Source of the DNA: Promethearchaeota archaeon
Lineage (GTDB): Archaea; Asgardarchaeota; Lokiarchaeia; Sigyniarchaeales; SOKP01
Length of the DNA stretch: 64,000 nucleotides
Assembly: GCA_019058245.1 (NCBI GenBank)
Contig: JAHPZJ010000027.1
Span: 16,330 to 80,329 of the forward strand
Direction: 5' to 3'
Positions 10,077 through 20,611 of the stretch are shown here, one piece after another (position 1 is the stretch's first letter; each line of letters begins with the position of its first letter). Below the pieces are notes generated by a model. The model was not told where the DNA came from. It worked only from the letters and a program-made list of their open reading frames with translations, and ran no database searches. Position numbers and translations under genes: made by a program.

Positions 10077-11219
10077 ATGTCGATTAAGGTTCTTTTAGCG
10101 GAAGATTCAAGCTATCAGAGAAAGCTAATAACTGATATGCTATTATCAAGCAAGGAGATTTCTAAAGTAGAAGTTGCTAAAAATGGAAAAGAAGCTATTA
10201 AAAAAATTGAGTCAGTAAATCCAGATGTTTTAATTTTAGATTTAATAATGCCTAAAATAGACGGAATAACGGTGTTCAAATTCCTTTCAGAACATTATCC
10301 AATACCTACAATAATATTTACAGCTAAATCTCCAGAAACATTAGATGATTCTGTTCAAGCTTTACTTTTAGGAGCATTTGATTTTATTGTAAAACCAAAA
10401 GGACTATGGAAAGAAGAACTCCCCAAATTAAAAGAAAAATTAATTTTTAGTACGCTTTATGCGAGTAAAATAAAAAAGACCTATGAAAAACGAAATTTAT
10501 TAATAAAGAAATCTTTCGAGAAACCTCTTAATTTGATAACTGAACAATATCAAATAATTAAAAAGCCTAAACCAAAGATTGAAAAAGCTCTGAAAATAAC
10601 ACCCTTACTTGAAGGTAAATTAACACCCAATGCAATAGTTATAGGAACTAGTACTGGTGGTCCTAGAACCTTAAAAACAATATTAAAAGATATTCCAAAA
10701 GATTTTTCATCACCAATTTTAATGGTTCAACATTTAGATGAATTCTTTATGAAAGAATTCTCAAAATCATTAAATCAGGTCAGTAAAATTGAAGTTAAAA
10801 TTCCTGTTAATGGGGAAAAAATTCTTCCAGGAATTGCTTATCTTAGTCCAGGAGAAAAACATATGGAAGTTGCCCAAAGAAACAAGATACAATACATTAA
10901 AATACTTGATGGGGAGCCTGTTAATTTTTGTAAGCCTTCGGTGGATGTTTTATTCCTTTCAGCAGCAAAAGTATATAAGGATCGAATTTTGGGGATCTTA
11001 CTAACAGGTTTAGGACAAGATGGTGCAGCTGGTTTAGAAGCAATTAAAAAAGGAGGAGGCCAAACAATTGCAGAATCAGAACAAACATGTGTGGTATATG
11101 GTATGCCTAAAGCGGCGGTAAAGAGAGGAGCTGCAAATTTAATCTTACCTAATTACCAAATTAAAGAACATATGTTAAAATTTGCTAGAAAAAATAAGGG
11201 TAATCCAATATATTCATAA
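10077..11219 (+). CDS. cheB: Chemotaxis methylesterase CheB (REC + esterase), copy 1
   Basis: REC domain plus GTSTGGP, VQHL, PSVDVLF, LTGLGQDG (Ser-His-Asp intact). Confidence 0.95.
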   Translation: MSIKVLLAEDSSYQRKLITDMLLSSKEISKVEVAKNGKEAIKKIESVNPDVLILDLIMPKIDGITVFKFLSEHYPIPTIIFTAKSPETLDDSVQALLLGAFDFIVKPKGLWKEELPKLKEKLIFSTLYASKIKKTYEKRNLLIKKSFEKPLNLITEQYQIIKKPKPKIEKALKITPLLEGKLTPNAIVIGTSTGGPRTLKTILKDIPKDFSSPILMVQHLDEFFMKEFSKSLNQVSKIEVKIPVNGEKILPGIAYLSPGEKHMEVAQRNKIQYIKILDGEPVNFCKPSVDVLFLSAAKVYKDRILGILLTGLGQDGAAGLEAIKKGGGQTIAESEQTCVVYGMPKAAVKRGAANLILPNYQIKEHMLKFARKNKGNPIYS

Positions 11220-11240
11220 GGTTATAACCAAAACTTTAAG

Positions 11241-11789
11241 GTGAAAAAGATAAAACCCCATGGATGTATTGAAAAACCAAACACTGATGGAAAAATTATC
11301 TTACCAATAGGGCATTATGCTATTGTAAATTGTAGAAATAAACCAAATAATATTTATACAAAAATATCAATTTATGGATTAGGGTCTTGTATTGCTCTGA
11401 TACTTTTTGATAGTAAAAATAAAGTAAGTGGAATGTCTCATATATTACTTCCAAAATGTCAACTAAACAAAAAAATTGAATATCCTCACAAATATGCTGA
11501 TCTCTCAGCAAATCTGTTACTTCAAGAATTATTAAACCGTGGAGCAATTAAGAAAAATATAAAAGCTGTGATTGTTGGGGGTTCAAAGATTTTTGAATTA
11601 GATGAAAATGGTATAGGGATTAATAATATCAAAGCAATTAAAAATGAATTAAAAAAATTAGAAATTAAGATTATAGGAGAAAATACAGGAGGATCTGAAG
11701 GAAGAGTTGTCATATTTGACACTAAAGATTTCTCAGTCTATGTTAGATTAACAAGAGAATCAAATCTTCAAAAAATAAAGTATTCATGA
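11241..11789 (+). CDS. cheD: Chemoreceptor glutamine deamidase CheD
   Basis: GLGSCIAL, GMSHILLP, KYAD, GGSKIF, NTGGSEGR motifs. Confidence 0.92.
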   Translation: MKKIKPHGCIEKPNTDGKIILPIGHYAIVNCRNKPNNIYTKISIYGLGSCIALILFDSKNKVSGMSHILLPKCQLNKKIEYPHKYADLSANLLLQELLNRGAIKKNIKAVIVGGSKIFELDENGIGINNIKAIKNELKKLEIKIIGENTGGSEGRVVIFDTKDFSVYVRLTRESNLQKIKYS

Positions 11790-11815
11790 TATAATAATTT
11801 TAAAAAGATTTAAAA

Positions 11816-12484
11816 TTGAGAGGATTAAAAATGAAAAAGCCAATTGATATAAAATTAACACAAGAACAATTAGACATTTTAAAAGAATTAGGTAATATCG
11901 GTTCTGGGCATGCAATAACAGCACTTTCCAAATTACTTAATATTAAAATCGATGTTTCATTGACATCCATAGATATTGTTCCTTTTTGGAAAGTTCCCGA
12001 ACTATTTAATAAGTCTGCAATTGATATGGTTGGAATCTATTCTAAGATTCCCTTTAAATCAGATTTAGCAATTATCCAATTATTTACAAAAGTATCGATA
12101 GTAAGTCTAATCAATATTTTATCTGATAATGACAAAATTATGGTTGATGATATAAAAACTATTGATGATTTGGATGATTTTTCAGTAAGTATTATAAGTG
12201 AAATTGGAAATATCTTATCTGGTCATTATACTAATGCTTTAGCTGATATGCTATCAATTAAACTGGTACCAAATGTTCCAAAAATCGCATTAGATTCTTT
12301 GAATGCTATTTTAGAAACCTTAATTGCTAAATTTTCTCAATTGTCAGATTATATGATTTTAATAAATACAAAATTAATAGTTTTAGATGTAAATATAGAA
12401 GGTATAATCTGTCTTATCCCTTCAATCAATATCTTAAAAAATCTATTTAATATTCTAAACTTAAAATACGATCTAAATCTCTAG
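11816..12484 (+). CDS. cheC: CheY-P phosphatase CheC
   Basis: Two ExxN motifs (KELGNIG, SEIGNIL); follows cheD; real start probably ATG 11831. Confidence 0.9.
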   Translation: MRGLKMKKPIDIKLTQEQLDILKELGNIGSGHAITALSKLLNIKIDVSLTSIDIVPFWKVPELFNKSAIDMVGIYSKIPFKSDLAIIQLFTKVSIVSLINILSDNDKIMVDDIKTIDDLDDFSVSIISEIGNILSGHYTNALADMLSIKLVPNVPKIALDSLNAILETLIAKFSQLSDYMILINTKLIVLDVNIEGIICLIPSINILKNLFNILNLKYDLNL

Positions 12485-12625
12485 GAAAGATATTTGATGA
12501 TATGTACAAATAAACAAGCTTAATTTATTTTCAGTGAAATTTTATTTTTGGGTTTTAGTAACATATATATTTTCTAACTTTACTATTTATTAGAATAATT
12601 AATTAAATATAATTAGGAGAGTTAT

Positions 12626-13984
12626 TTGACGATTGATGTGGTTATTGCTGATGACAGCGCATTTTTAAGAAAAAATATAGCAAATATTCTAAAAGAACAT
12701 GATTCAATTGATATTACTGGATTTGCGAAGGATGGAGAAGAAGCTGTTAAACTTGTTAAAGAAATTAGCCCAGATGTCTTAGTTTTAGATTTAGTAATGC
12801 CTAAAATGAATGGATTGGATGCATTCAAACTAATAATGGAGGAAAATCCCACGCCTACTGTTGTCCTTTCAGCTATTAGTCCAAAAAAACTGGACTCTTC
12901 CATTCAAGCTCTTTTAATGGGTGCTTTTGATTATATCATAAAACCAGGGGGTATTGGAGCAAAACCATTGCCAAGATTTCGTGAAGAATTACTCGCTAAA
13001 GTATTGTTAGCGTCTCAATCACAAATTAAAAAAATATTCAGAAAAGGAGAAATTATATTAAAAAAAGGAAGATCTCTCCGCCAGGAGATGGTTAATCGAA
13101 TTTTTGATTTTGGACAATATCTTAACAGATTAGAACCTATTCAAGAAATTGAGGAAGAACAAAAATACGATTCTTTCGAAATTATGAAGGTTAAGGCAAT
13201 CCTCAAGGATGAAACTAAGGGTAAATTAGCAGAGTCAGCATCGAGTGAAGAAATTAATAAGGCAATAATAAGTACATCAGAAACAAGTGAAGAAAGGATA
13301 GAACAGATATCAAGAAAATCAGCATTACTAAAAAAATCAACAAATGCACAATTTAAAAAGAGTAAAACAGTAAATATTCCTGATCTCTCCCCTATTAAAG
13401 GAACTACAATAAGTTCAAATATAATTGTTATAGGTGCTAGCGTTGGAGGACCTAGAACAATAACAACAATATTAAAAGAAATTCCAAGAAATTTTAAGGC
13501 ACCAATCTTAATCGTTCAGCATTTATCTTCTCATTTTACAGATGCTTTTGCAGATAATTTAGATATGGAATGTGAACTCAAAATAAAAGTAGCTAATAAT
13601 GGAGATTATATTAAACCTGGTTATGTTTATCTTGCCCCTGGAGATGTGCATATGGAAATCTCTGTTGAAAATAATACACCTCTAATCAAAGTTTATAAAG
13701 GAAGTCCTGTTAACTTTTGCATGCCTTCTATAGATGTATTATTTTTTTCAGCAGCAAAAGTTTATAGAAATCATGCTATGGGAATAATTCTAACTGGAAT
13801 GGGCTCAGATGGTGTAGAAGGTCTGGGAGCAATTAAAAGAGTGGGTGGAAAGACAATAGCAGAAGATAAAAGTACTTCTATACTTTATGCTATGCCAAAA
13901 TTTGCCTCTGAGAAAGGATATGCTAAACTTGTATTACCAAATTATAATATAAAAGATGAAATGATAAAATTCATTGGAAATTAG
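12626..13984 (+). CDS. cheB: Chemotaxis methylesterase CheB, copy 2 (long inter-domain linker)
   Basis: REC domain plus GASVGGP, VQHL, PSIDVLF, LTGMGSDG; TTG start with AGGAG upstream. Confidence 0.93.
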   Translation: MTIDVVIADDSAFLRKNIANILKEHDSIDITGFAKDGEEAVKLVKEISPDVLVLDLVMPKMNGLDAFKLIMEENPTPTVVLSAISPKKLDSSIQALLMGAFDYIIKPGGIGAKPLPRFREELLAKVLLASQSQIKKIFRKGEIILKKGRSLRQEMVNRIFDFGQYLNRLEPIQEIEEEQKYDSFEIMKVKAILKDETKGKLAESASSEEINKAIISTSETSEERIEQISRKSALLKKSTNAQFKKSKTVNIPDLSPIKGTTISSNIIVIGASVGGPRTITTILKEIPRNFKAPILIVQHLSSHFTDAFADNLDMECELKIKVANNGDYIKPGYVYLAPGDVHMEISVENNTPLIKVYKGSPVNFCMPSIDVLFFSAAKVYRNHAMGIILTGMGSDGVEGLGAIKRVGGKTIAEDKSTSILYAMPKFASEKGYAKLVLPNYNIKDEMIKFIGN

Positions 13985-14013
13985 AAAAAAATAATAATAG
14001 TTAATTTTTAGTT

Positions 14014-16197
14014 TTACCACGAAATGCCCTTTAAAAATTTGATATCCTGGATCAATCTTTGAGATTCATGTTTTGGAACCTCCATATACGCAAAAAATTC
14101 ATTTTGCCAAAATGCTCTTCCAGAAGAAATACTACGTATCTCTTCAGTAAATTTTATAGAATTTCTAACTGATAATAATATTTCAATTATTGCTTGATAT
14201 TCATTATCTTGATCAATAGTTTTAATTTTAGCCGAATATTTTGATAGTAGGGAAATTACATTTTTAATATAATTTGGGGGAAGTTGGATAATTGTGTGAT
14301 ATATTGGTTCCAATAAAATTAGTTCTGCTTCAGTCAAACCTCTTTTTATAGCATCATAAAACATAGCAGATATTTCAGTAAACAAACTCTCATGGGCGAT
14401 ATTTTCAAAACTTAAACTTTCAATTATTAATTTAATTTCTGTGAGTTTTTCTGAACATATTGGACCATTTAAATGAATATTTTCAAATATCTCAAGAATC
14501 ATATTTTTGAAAAAATCATCTGATTCTCCCTTATAAATTATTATATTTTGATCAAAATCACATTTCCAGAAATATTCAATTTCTTCCTCACTAAGTAAAG
14601 TTTTTTCCTTCAATATTTCTTTTAATTTGCTAATAGGTTTAATTGTTTTATAATCAATATTTCGAAAAAACCTTAAAGTCTTGTTATCTAATCTTTCAAT
14701 CTTTATTTTAAGGGAACCTTTACCATTTGGCGAAGTAACAGAAATTAAGGAAGAATTCAAACGACAAGATTCTTTAAAAACTGCTCGAGGTTCTGATATT
14801 GAAAGATTTACACCCTTCTTACCTATTTCATTAGCAGAAACTTCAAGATGTAGTGGTCCCATTCCACTCAATAAAAATTCACCATTTTCCTCATTTACTT
14901 CAAATTTTAAATTTGGATCCTCTACTAATAGATTTTCAATTAATTCTTTCATTTTATCTAAATCTCTTAAATACTCTGGTTCAATAGAAACCGTCATTAC
15001 AGGATTAGTAATATATTTCACACTTTCGAATGGCACCATTTCGTCAATACTGTTGCTATCTATTATGGTTTCACTACTCTTTATATTTTTAAGACCTTCT
15101 ATAGCTACTATATTACCAACAGGTACTTTTTCTGCTTGTTCCCTTCTTTGACCCATAAAAATAGCAATTCGTTGAATTCTCTCATATCTATTTTCATTTA
15201 AAAGAAAAATTTCCTTTCTATTCGTACAGCTACCTGAAAATATTCTTCCAGTGGATATTAAACCATGTTTGTCTACTTGAACTTTACTTAAATATACAAT
15301 TAATGGACCATTAGGATCACAATTAACCATTGCCTTTCCTAATTTAGAATTAATATCTCCATCCCATATTTTTTTAATTCTATATTTTTGTGCTTCTATA
15401 GGATTTGGTAAATGATCAACAACCATTTCCAATATGGCTTTATGAATTGGAAAAAATGTGGCCAAATCCGCGTAAGTTTTTTTAGAATAGGTCTCTTTCT
15501 TATATCTTTCTCTAATATCTTTAAATTTTAAGCTACTTTTTTCTAGAATACTTAATGTAAAACCCCATTTATGAAGTGCCGACCCAAAAGCAACATTACC
15601 ACCAAGAGGCGAAACTTTCCATCTTTTATTAAAAGGATGTGTAGCATATCTTTCTATAAGATCGTTGAATGATTTGATAATTCTTACATATTTCTTTCTT
15701 ATATCCTCATCGGAAAGTTTCAATTCTCTTATTAAACGATCAACTTTATTAATAAATAGTATAGGCTTAACACCCTCTTGTAAAGCTTGTTTAATGACTG
15801 TTTCAGATTGACTAATTACTTCTTCAACGGCATCAACCACCACCACTACGCCATCTACCAATCTAAGAGCTCTAGTTACTTTTCCACTGAAGTCTAAATG
15901 ACCTGGAGTATCTACTAAATTAACAAGAAAAGGATCATACCCTTCTAATGATTTCTCATAGTATAAAGATATGTTTGCAGACTTCATAGTTATGCCTCGT
16001 CTTTGTTCTTCATCAAGAAAATCTAAAGCACGGGCTTCTCCTGCTAAATCTGAGGATAGAAAACCCGCTTCGCTTAGTAGAGAATCAGAGAGTGTTGTTT
16101 TTCCATGATCTATATGACCAACTAAACCAAAATTTCTAATATTTTGAGTTTTTTCCATAAGATTCAGTATTTCCGCAATTTCTTTTCTGCGAGGCAT
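14014..16197 (-). CDS. Elongation factor EF-2 paralogue (diphthamide motif absent)
   Basis: GHIDHGKTT, RGITMKS, DTPGH, NKVD, SGMGPLHLE; domain IV lacks the HRG diphthamide loop. Confidence 0.88.
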   Translation of the reverse strand: MPRRKEIAEILNLMEKTQNIRNFGLVGHIDHGKTTLSDSLLSEAGFLSSDLAGEARALDFLDEEQRRGITMKSANISLYYEKSLEGYDPFLVNLVDTPGHLDFSGKVTRALRLVDGVVVVVDAVEEVISQSETVIKQALQEGVKPILFINKVDRLIRELKLSDEDIRKKYVRIIKSFNDLIERYATHPFNKRWKVSPLGGNVAFGSALHKWGFTLSILEKSSLKFKDIRERYKKETYSKKTYADLATFFPIHKAILEMVVDHLPNPIEAQKYRIKKIWDGDINSKLGKAMVNCDPNGPLIVYLSKVQVDKHGLISTGRIFSGSCTNRKEIFLLNENRYERIQRIAIFMGQRREQAEKVPVGNIVAIEGLKNIKSSETIIDSNSIDEMVPFESVKYITNPVMTVSIEPEYLRDLDKMKELIENLLVEDPNLKFEVNEENGEFLLSGMGPLHLEVSANEIGKKGVNLSISEPRAVFKESCRLNSSLISVTSPNGKGSLKIKIERLDNKTLRFFRNIDYKTIKPISKLKEILKEKTLLSEEEIEYFWKCDFDQNIIIYKGESDDFFKNMILEIFENIHLNGPICSEKLTEIKLIIESLSFENIAHESLFTEISAMFYDAIKRGLTEAELILLEPIYHTIIQLPPNYIKNVISLLSKYSAKIKTIDQDNEYQAIIEILLSVRNSIKFTEEIRSISSGRAFWQNEFFAYMEVPKHESQRLIQDIKFLKGISW

Positions 16198-16405
16198 GGT
16201 TCAACTAATTTATTATCTATAATTGTATTTAAAATTATAATTATTCTGATTAAAATTTTAGGATTTCCAAGAAATTAAATTAGCGGGAAATGATTTTTCT
16301 CACTACTCAAGATCTTCTTCATTTAATTGATTTTTTCATAATCAATCTCAGTTGGGTCAGATAGGTCAATGAAAAACTCATTTCCCTAAGTTAATAAAGT
16401 AAGAG

Positions 16406-17038
16406 TTATAATTTAACTTCTCCATCAATTCTGACTATTCTTCCGGCAATGCTCAATTTCCCATCACAGAATAGTTCTATAGCTTTTGGAAATACTTTAT
16501 GTTCCCATTTTAATATTCTAGGCCCTAATGTTTCTTTTGTATCTGTATCATAAACAGGTACACATTTCTGCATTATAATCGGACCATGATCTTCATGATT
16601 GTCAACAAAATGGACAGTTACTCCAGAAACTTTAACTCCATAGGCTAAAGTATCTTCGTGGGCATGCATACCTTTGAAACTTGGAAGTAGAGCAGGGTGA
16701 ATATTCATTATATTCCCTTTATAATGATTTATGAACATTTCACTGACAAAACGCATGTAACCAACTAGTACAATAAGCTCACATTTGTAATTATCTATTA
16801 CATTGATCATTTTCTGGTCATATTCTTCTCTAGATCCTCGATCTTTATCTGATTCAATCAAAACATATGGAATCTTATGGTTTTTAGCTCTTTCTATACA
16901 ATAGGCTCCTGCTTTATTGCAAATAAGTACTTCTACTGTGGCCTTATCTTTTAAAATCCCGGTTTCACATGCATTAACTATTGCTTCAAAATTAGAACCT
17001 GAACCAGAAGCAATAGCACCTACTTTAATTTTTCTCAT
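16406..17038 (-). CDS. purN: Phosphoribosylglycinamide formyltransferase
   Basis: SGSGSNFEAI, NIHPALLPSFKG, GVTVHFVD...DHGPII motifs. Confidence 0.95.
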   Translation of the reverse strand: MRKIKVGAIASGSGSNFEAIVNACETGILKDKATVEVLICNKAGAYCIERAKNHKIPYVLIESDKDRGSREEYDQKMINVIDNYKCELIVLVGYMRFVSEMFINHYKGNIMNIHPALLPSFKGMHAHEDTLAYGVKVSGVTVHFVDNHEDHGPIIMQKCVPVYDTDTKETLGPRILKWEHKVFPKAIELFCDGKLSIAGRIVRIDGEVKL

Positions 17039-17466
17039 AATTCAATTTAGTCTATCTTCACAAAAAAATATATCCAAATAATTAAAAATTATCAAATGGA
17101 AAAAAGATACAATATAATAATACAATAATTATTTTAGTTTTATTATAATGATAATGTTTTTATTTGATTGCACCATATCTATCCTAGAAATTTAGTAATA
17201 TTTCATTCTAAAAATTATTCTCTTTCGAAAAAAATATTATTCCGTGAGAGAATACGATACTATTTATTTAAAATAAGCATTTACAAATAACAAAACCATA
17301 TCTATATAAAAATTAAATTTCAATTGTTATTATTGAACACGTAACTACATAATTATATTTAAATCAAAAACCCCAAAAAATATGGATAAAAATCTAAATC
17401 TTACGATTTAACCATACTATTAAAAACGTATTTAGAAATATTAATTAACTAGCGTATTGAAGATTT

Positions 17467-19377
17467 ATGAGTTTTGAAAGTGAATTGAAACGAATCAAGG
17501 ATGAAATTGTCCAGAACCTTCCACCAGAAATAAGAGTCAAGAAGATTGAGTTTGAAGGACCTGAGATAGCTGTTTATTCTGAAAATTCAGACGTAGATGC
17601 AATTGAAAGCTCAACTATTTTAAAAGATTTAGCAAAAACAATGCGAAAAAGAGTTGTTTTTCGATGGAATGTTGATAAACGCAAAGATCCTGTTGAAACA
17701 GAAAGTTATATTAGAAATTTAGTAGCTGAAGATGCAGAAATTTCTAATATTGAATTTGATCATACCAGAGGAGAAGTAATAATAGAATCTGGGAAACCTG
17801 GACTCGTTATTGGTAAAAAAGGAGTTAATCTAAAAGAAATCAGGACTAACACATATTGGCAACCTAAAACTATAAGAACACCACCATTAACCTCAAGAAC
17901 AATTCAATTAATAAGAGGAATGCTTTCAAAAGAACGTCAAACTCAAAAGGATATTCTTTTAAGAATCGGTAAAAGAATTCATAGACCTGCTCTTTTTAAA
18001 AACTTAAACATTAGGTTAAGTGCCTTAGGTGGTTTTAGAGAAGTAGGGAGATCTTGCATATTAATGCAAACAAGGGATAGTAATGTACTACTAGATTGTG
18101 GATTGAATGTTGGGAATATCAATGATAGATTTCCATACTTTGATGTTCCTGAATTTTCATTAAGAGATCTTGATGCTGTTATTATATCACATGCTCATAT
18201 GGATCATTGTGGCCTTGTTCCATTTCTATACAAATATGGTTATCGTGGACCTATTTATTCCACATTACCAACACGAAATCTATCAACAATGCATCAATTA
18301 GATTTCATTCAAGTTTGTGAAAAGGAAGGCGTTCCATCACCGTATTCGAAAAGGGATGTAAAATCAACAGTCCTTCATACAATCCCACTTTCATGGGGGA
18401 AAGTAACCGATATTGCACCAGATATAAAATTAACACTTCACAATTCTGGGCATATATTAGGATCATCAATGGTACATTTGCATTTTGGAAAAGGGGACTA
18501 TAATTTTGTTTATACAGGAGATTTTAAATTTCAAAAAACAAGATTATTAGAGAAAGCTGCTGTGAAATTCCCTAGAGTAGAAAGCCTATTAATTGAAGCC
18601 ACTTATGGTGGTCCTCAAGATAGAATTCCTAGTAGACAAGAATCTGAAAAAGAACTCAAACAAATATTAAACTCTACCCTTAAAAGAGGTGGAAAAATTT
18701 TAGTTCCAGTTTTAGCTGTAGGTAGAGCTCAAGAATTGTTAATAGTCTTGGAAGAATATATTTCGAAAGGCTTTATTGATAAAGTACCAATCTTTATAGA
18801 TGGATTGATAAGTGAAGCAACCGCAATTCATACTGCTAATCCTGATTTTCTTAGTAGCGATTTAAGAGAAAAAATCTTACATCAAGGAAAGAATCCATTT
18901 CTAAGTGATTACTTTGAAACAGTTTCAGCTCAAGAGGAAAGATTAGATATTATAAAAGGTGGACCATGTATAATCATGGCAACTAGTGGAATGCTTATTG
19001 GAGGGCCATCTGTGCAATATTTAAAAGGATTAGCTAATGATGCAAAAAATTCATTGGTTTTTGTATCCTATCAAGTTTCAGGTACACTAGGGAGTCGAAT
19101 TCAGCGTGGATTTCGAGAATTTCAGTATGTTGATGCTAAAGGACGAACCCAACTCGTAAGATTGAACTTAAAAGTATTTACTCTTGAAGGTTTCAGTGGT
19201 CATTCATCTCGTAGTCAAATATCTCAATTTTTGAGAAGAATTCAACCACGACCTAAAACAATTATAGTAAACCATGGGGAAGAAAGTAAGTGTATCAGTC
19301 TATCGACAATGATACATAAGAAACTCAGAAAGAGTACAAAGAGCCCGAAGAATCTTGAAACTGTATTCTTAAAATAA
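17467..19377 (+). CDS. fttA: aCPSF1/FttA beta-CASP ribonuclease (transcription termination factor)
   Basis: N-terminal KH domains (EFEGPEI, KPGLVIGKKG), HAHMDH, GHILGS, AVGRAQE, GFSGHS, NHGE. Confidence 0.95.
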   Translation: MSFESELKRIKDEIVQNLPPEIRVKKIEFEGPEIAVYSENSDVDAIESSTILKDLAKTMRKRVVFRWNVDKRKDPVETESYIRNLVAEDAEISNIEFDHTRGEVIIESGKPGLVIGKKGVNLKEIRTNTYWQPKTIRTPPLTSRTIQLIRGMLSKERQTQKDILLRIGKRIHRPALFKNLNIRLSALGGFREVGRSCILMQTRDSNVLLDCGLNVGNINDRFPYFDVPEFSLRDLDAVIISHAHMDHCGLVPFLYKYGYRGPIYSTLPTRNLSTMHQLDFIQVCEKEGVPSPYSKRDVKSTVLHTIPLSWGKVTDIAPDIKLTLHNSGHILGSSMVHLHFGKGDYNFVYTGDFKFQKTRLLEKAAVKFPRVESLLIEATYGGPQDRIPSRQESEKELKQILNSTLKRGGKILVPVLAVGRAQELLIVLEEYISKGFIDKVPIFIDGLISEATAIHTANPDFLSSDLREKILHQGKNPFLSDYFETVSAQEERLDIIKGGPCIIMATSGMLIGGPSVQYLKGLANDAKNSLVFVSYQVSGTLGSRIQRGFREFQYVDAKGRTQLVRLNLKVFTLEGFSGHSSRSQISQFLRRIQPRPKTIIVNHGEESKCISLSTMIHKKLRKSTKSPKNLETVFLK

Positions 19378-19573
19378 GCGTGATTAGTGAACTGGAAAAA
19401 TTGATGCCCTAAAATTAATCGATTGTTTATTTACATAAAAATATCGAATAATCAGGACATTAAAAATAATAAACTCATAATCTATTATTATTCTTTTGTC
19501 AATTTTTCGGAGAAAAAATAATTTTTTTAAATAGCATTAATTACTCTTTTTAAATAGTATTTTGTGGTAATCT

Positions 19574-20515
19574 TTGAATTTAAAAGACATTCATATTAAA
19601 AATCATTTGGTAACTATTTTTAGACATATTATACAAATTATCGCTTTTATTCTTATTAATTATCTGATTTTGGAATTTATCTTTAAAATTAATTTAAAGG
19701 CTTTAGAGAACTTTTTTAGAATACTACCAATTTTGAATTCTCCCCGAAATCCACTTTCAAAGGGCGCTGGAATTACAGAATATATTTTCTTTTCATTTAC
19801 AGAAGGGATTATACCAGTCTTTTTAATTGGAATTTTTATCCTAATCATTCTATTTACAAACAGATTCTTTTGTGGGTGGATTTGCCCCATAGGTACCATT
19901 CAAGACGCGTGTGCTGCGATACCAACTAATAAAAAGACTTTAAAGATTAGTACTCATAATTCTTTACTAAAACTTAAATATATAGTTATAATCATTTTAG
20001 TGATTCTTCTTATTCCATTAGCTCTTACTAAAGAGACGAATATAACCTACTATTTAGAATTTAGAGCCAGTATAGGAGATTTTGGGGATAAACCATTATC
20101 TTATTTCTCACTTTCTGAATATATTTTTTATTTCTTTCCAAATATAGCAATAAATGTCTTTCAAACTGCCAGTTTAGGACCTCTTTTTAAAAATTTTTTA
20201 GTTTTCTTTCTGACAATCTTCTATTTAATTATTATAGTTTTATCAGTTTGGTATCCACGAATATACTGTAGATATATTTGTCCATTTGCAGCATTATCTT
20301 CTACTATTAGTTCTTATTCATTCCTTAAATTGTCAAGAAGCCCTGTAAGATGTTTAGGAAGAACAGAGTGTGGTGTTTGTGAAAAAGTTTGCCCAAAACA
20401 AATAAGGATACTAGATGAACCCTTTGAATTCTTTACAGGAAAAGGCGAGTGTAATTATTGTCTAAAATGCAAAGAAGTGTGTCCACATGATGCGATAAAT
20501 ATTAAATTTGGATGA
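19574..20515 (+). CDS. Membrane 4Fe-4S binding protein (NapH/MauN/YccM-like)
   Basis: RFFCGWICPIGTIQD, RIYCRYICPF, two C-terminal ferredoxin-type Cys motifs; several TM helices. Confidence 0.85.
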   Translation: MNLKDIHIKNHLVTIFRHIIQIIAFILINYLILEFIFKINLKALENFFRILPILNSPRNPLSKGAGITEYIFFSFTEGIIPVFLIGIFILIILFTNRFFCGWICPIGTIQDACAAIPTNKKTLKISTHNSLLKLKYIVIIILVILLIPLALTKETNITYYLEFRASIGDFGDKPLSYFSLSEYIFYFFPNIAINVFQTASLGPLFKNFLVFFLTIFYLIIIVLSVWYPRIYCRYICPFAALSSTISSYSFLKLSRSPVRCLGRTECGVCEKVCPKQIRILDEPFEFFTGKGECNYCLKCKEVCPHDAINIKFG

Positions 20516-20611
20516 AAAATGCGATAAATTTTAATATTGAAGTGATATAATCTTCTTAAGATTCAATTCTTTCATATATCACTCTTATTTTTAATATAAA
20601 TACATAATCAT

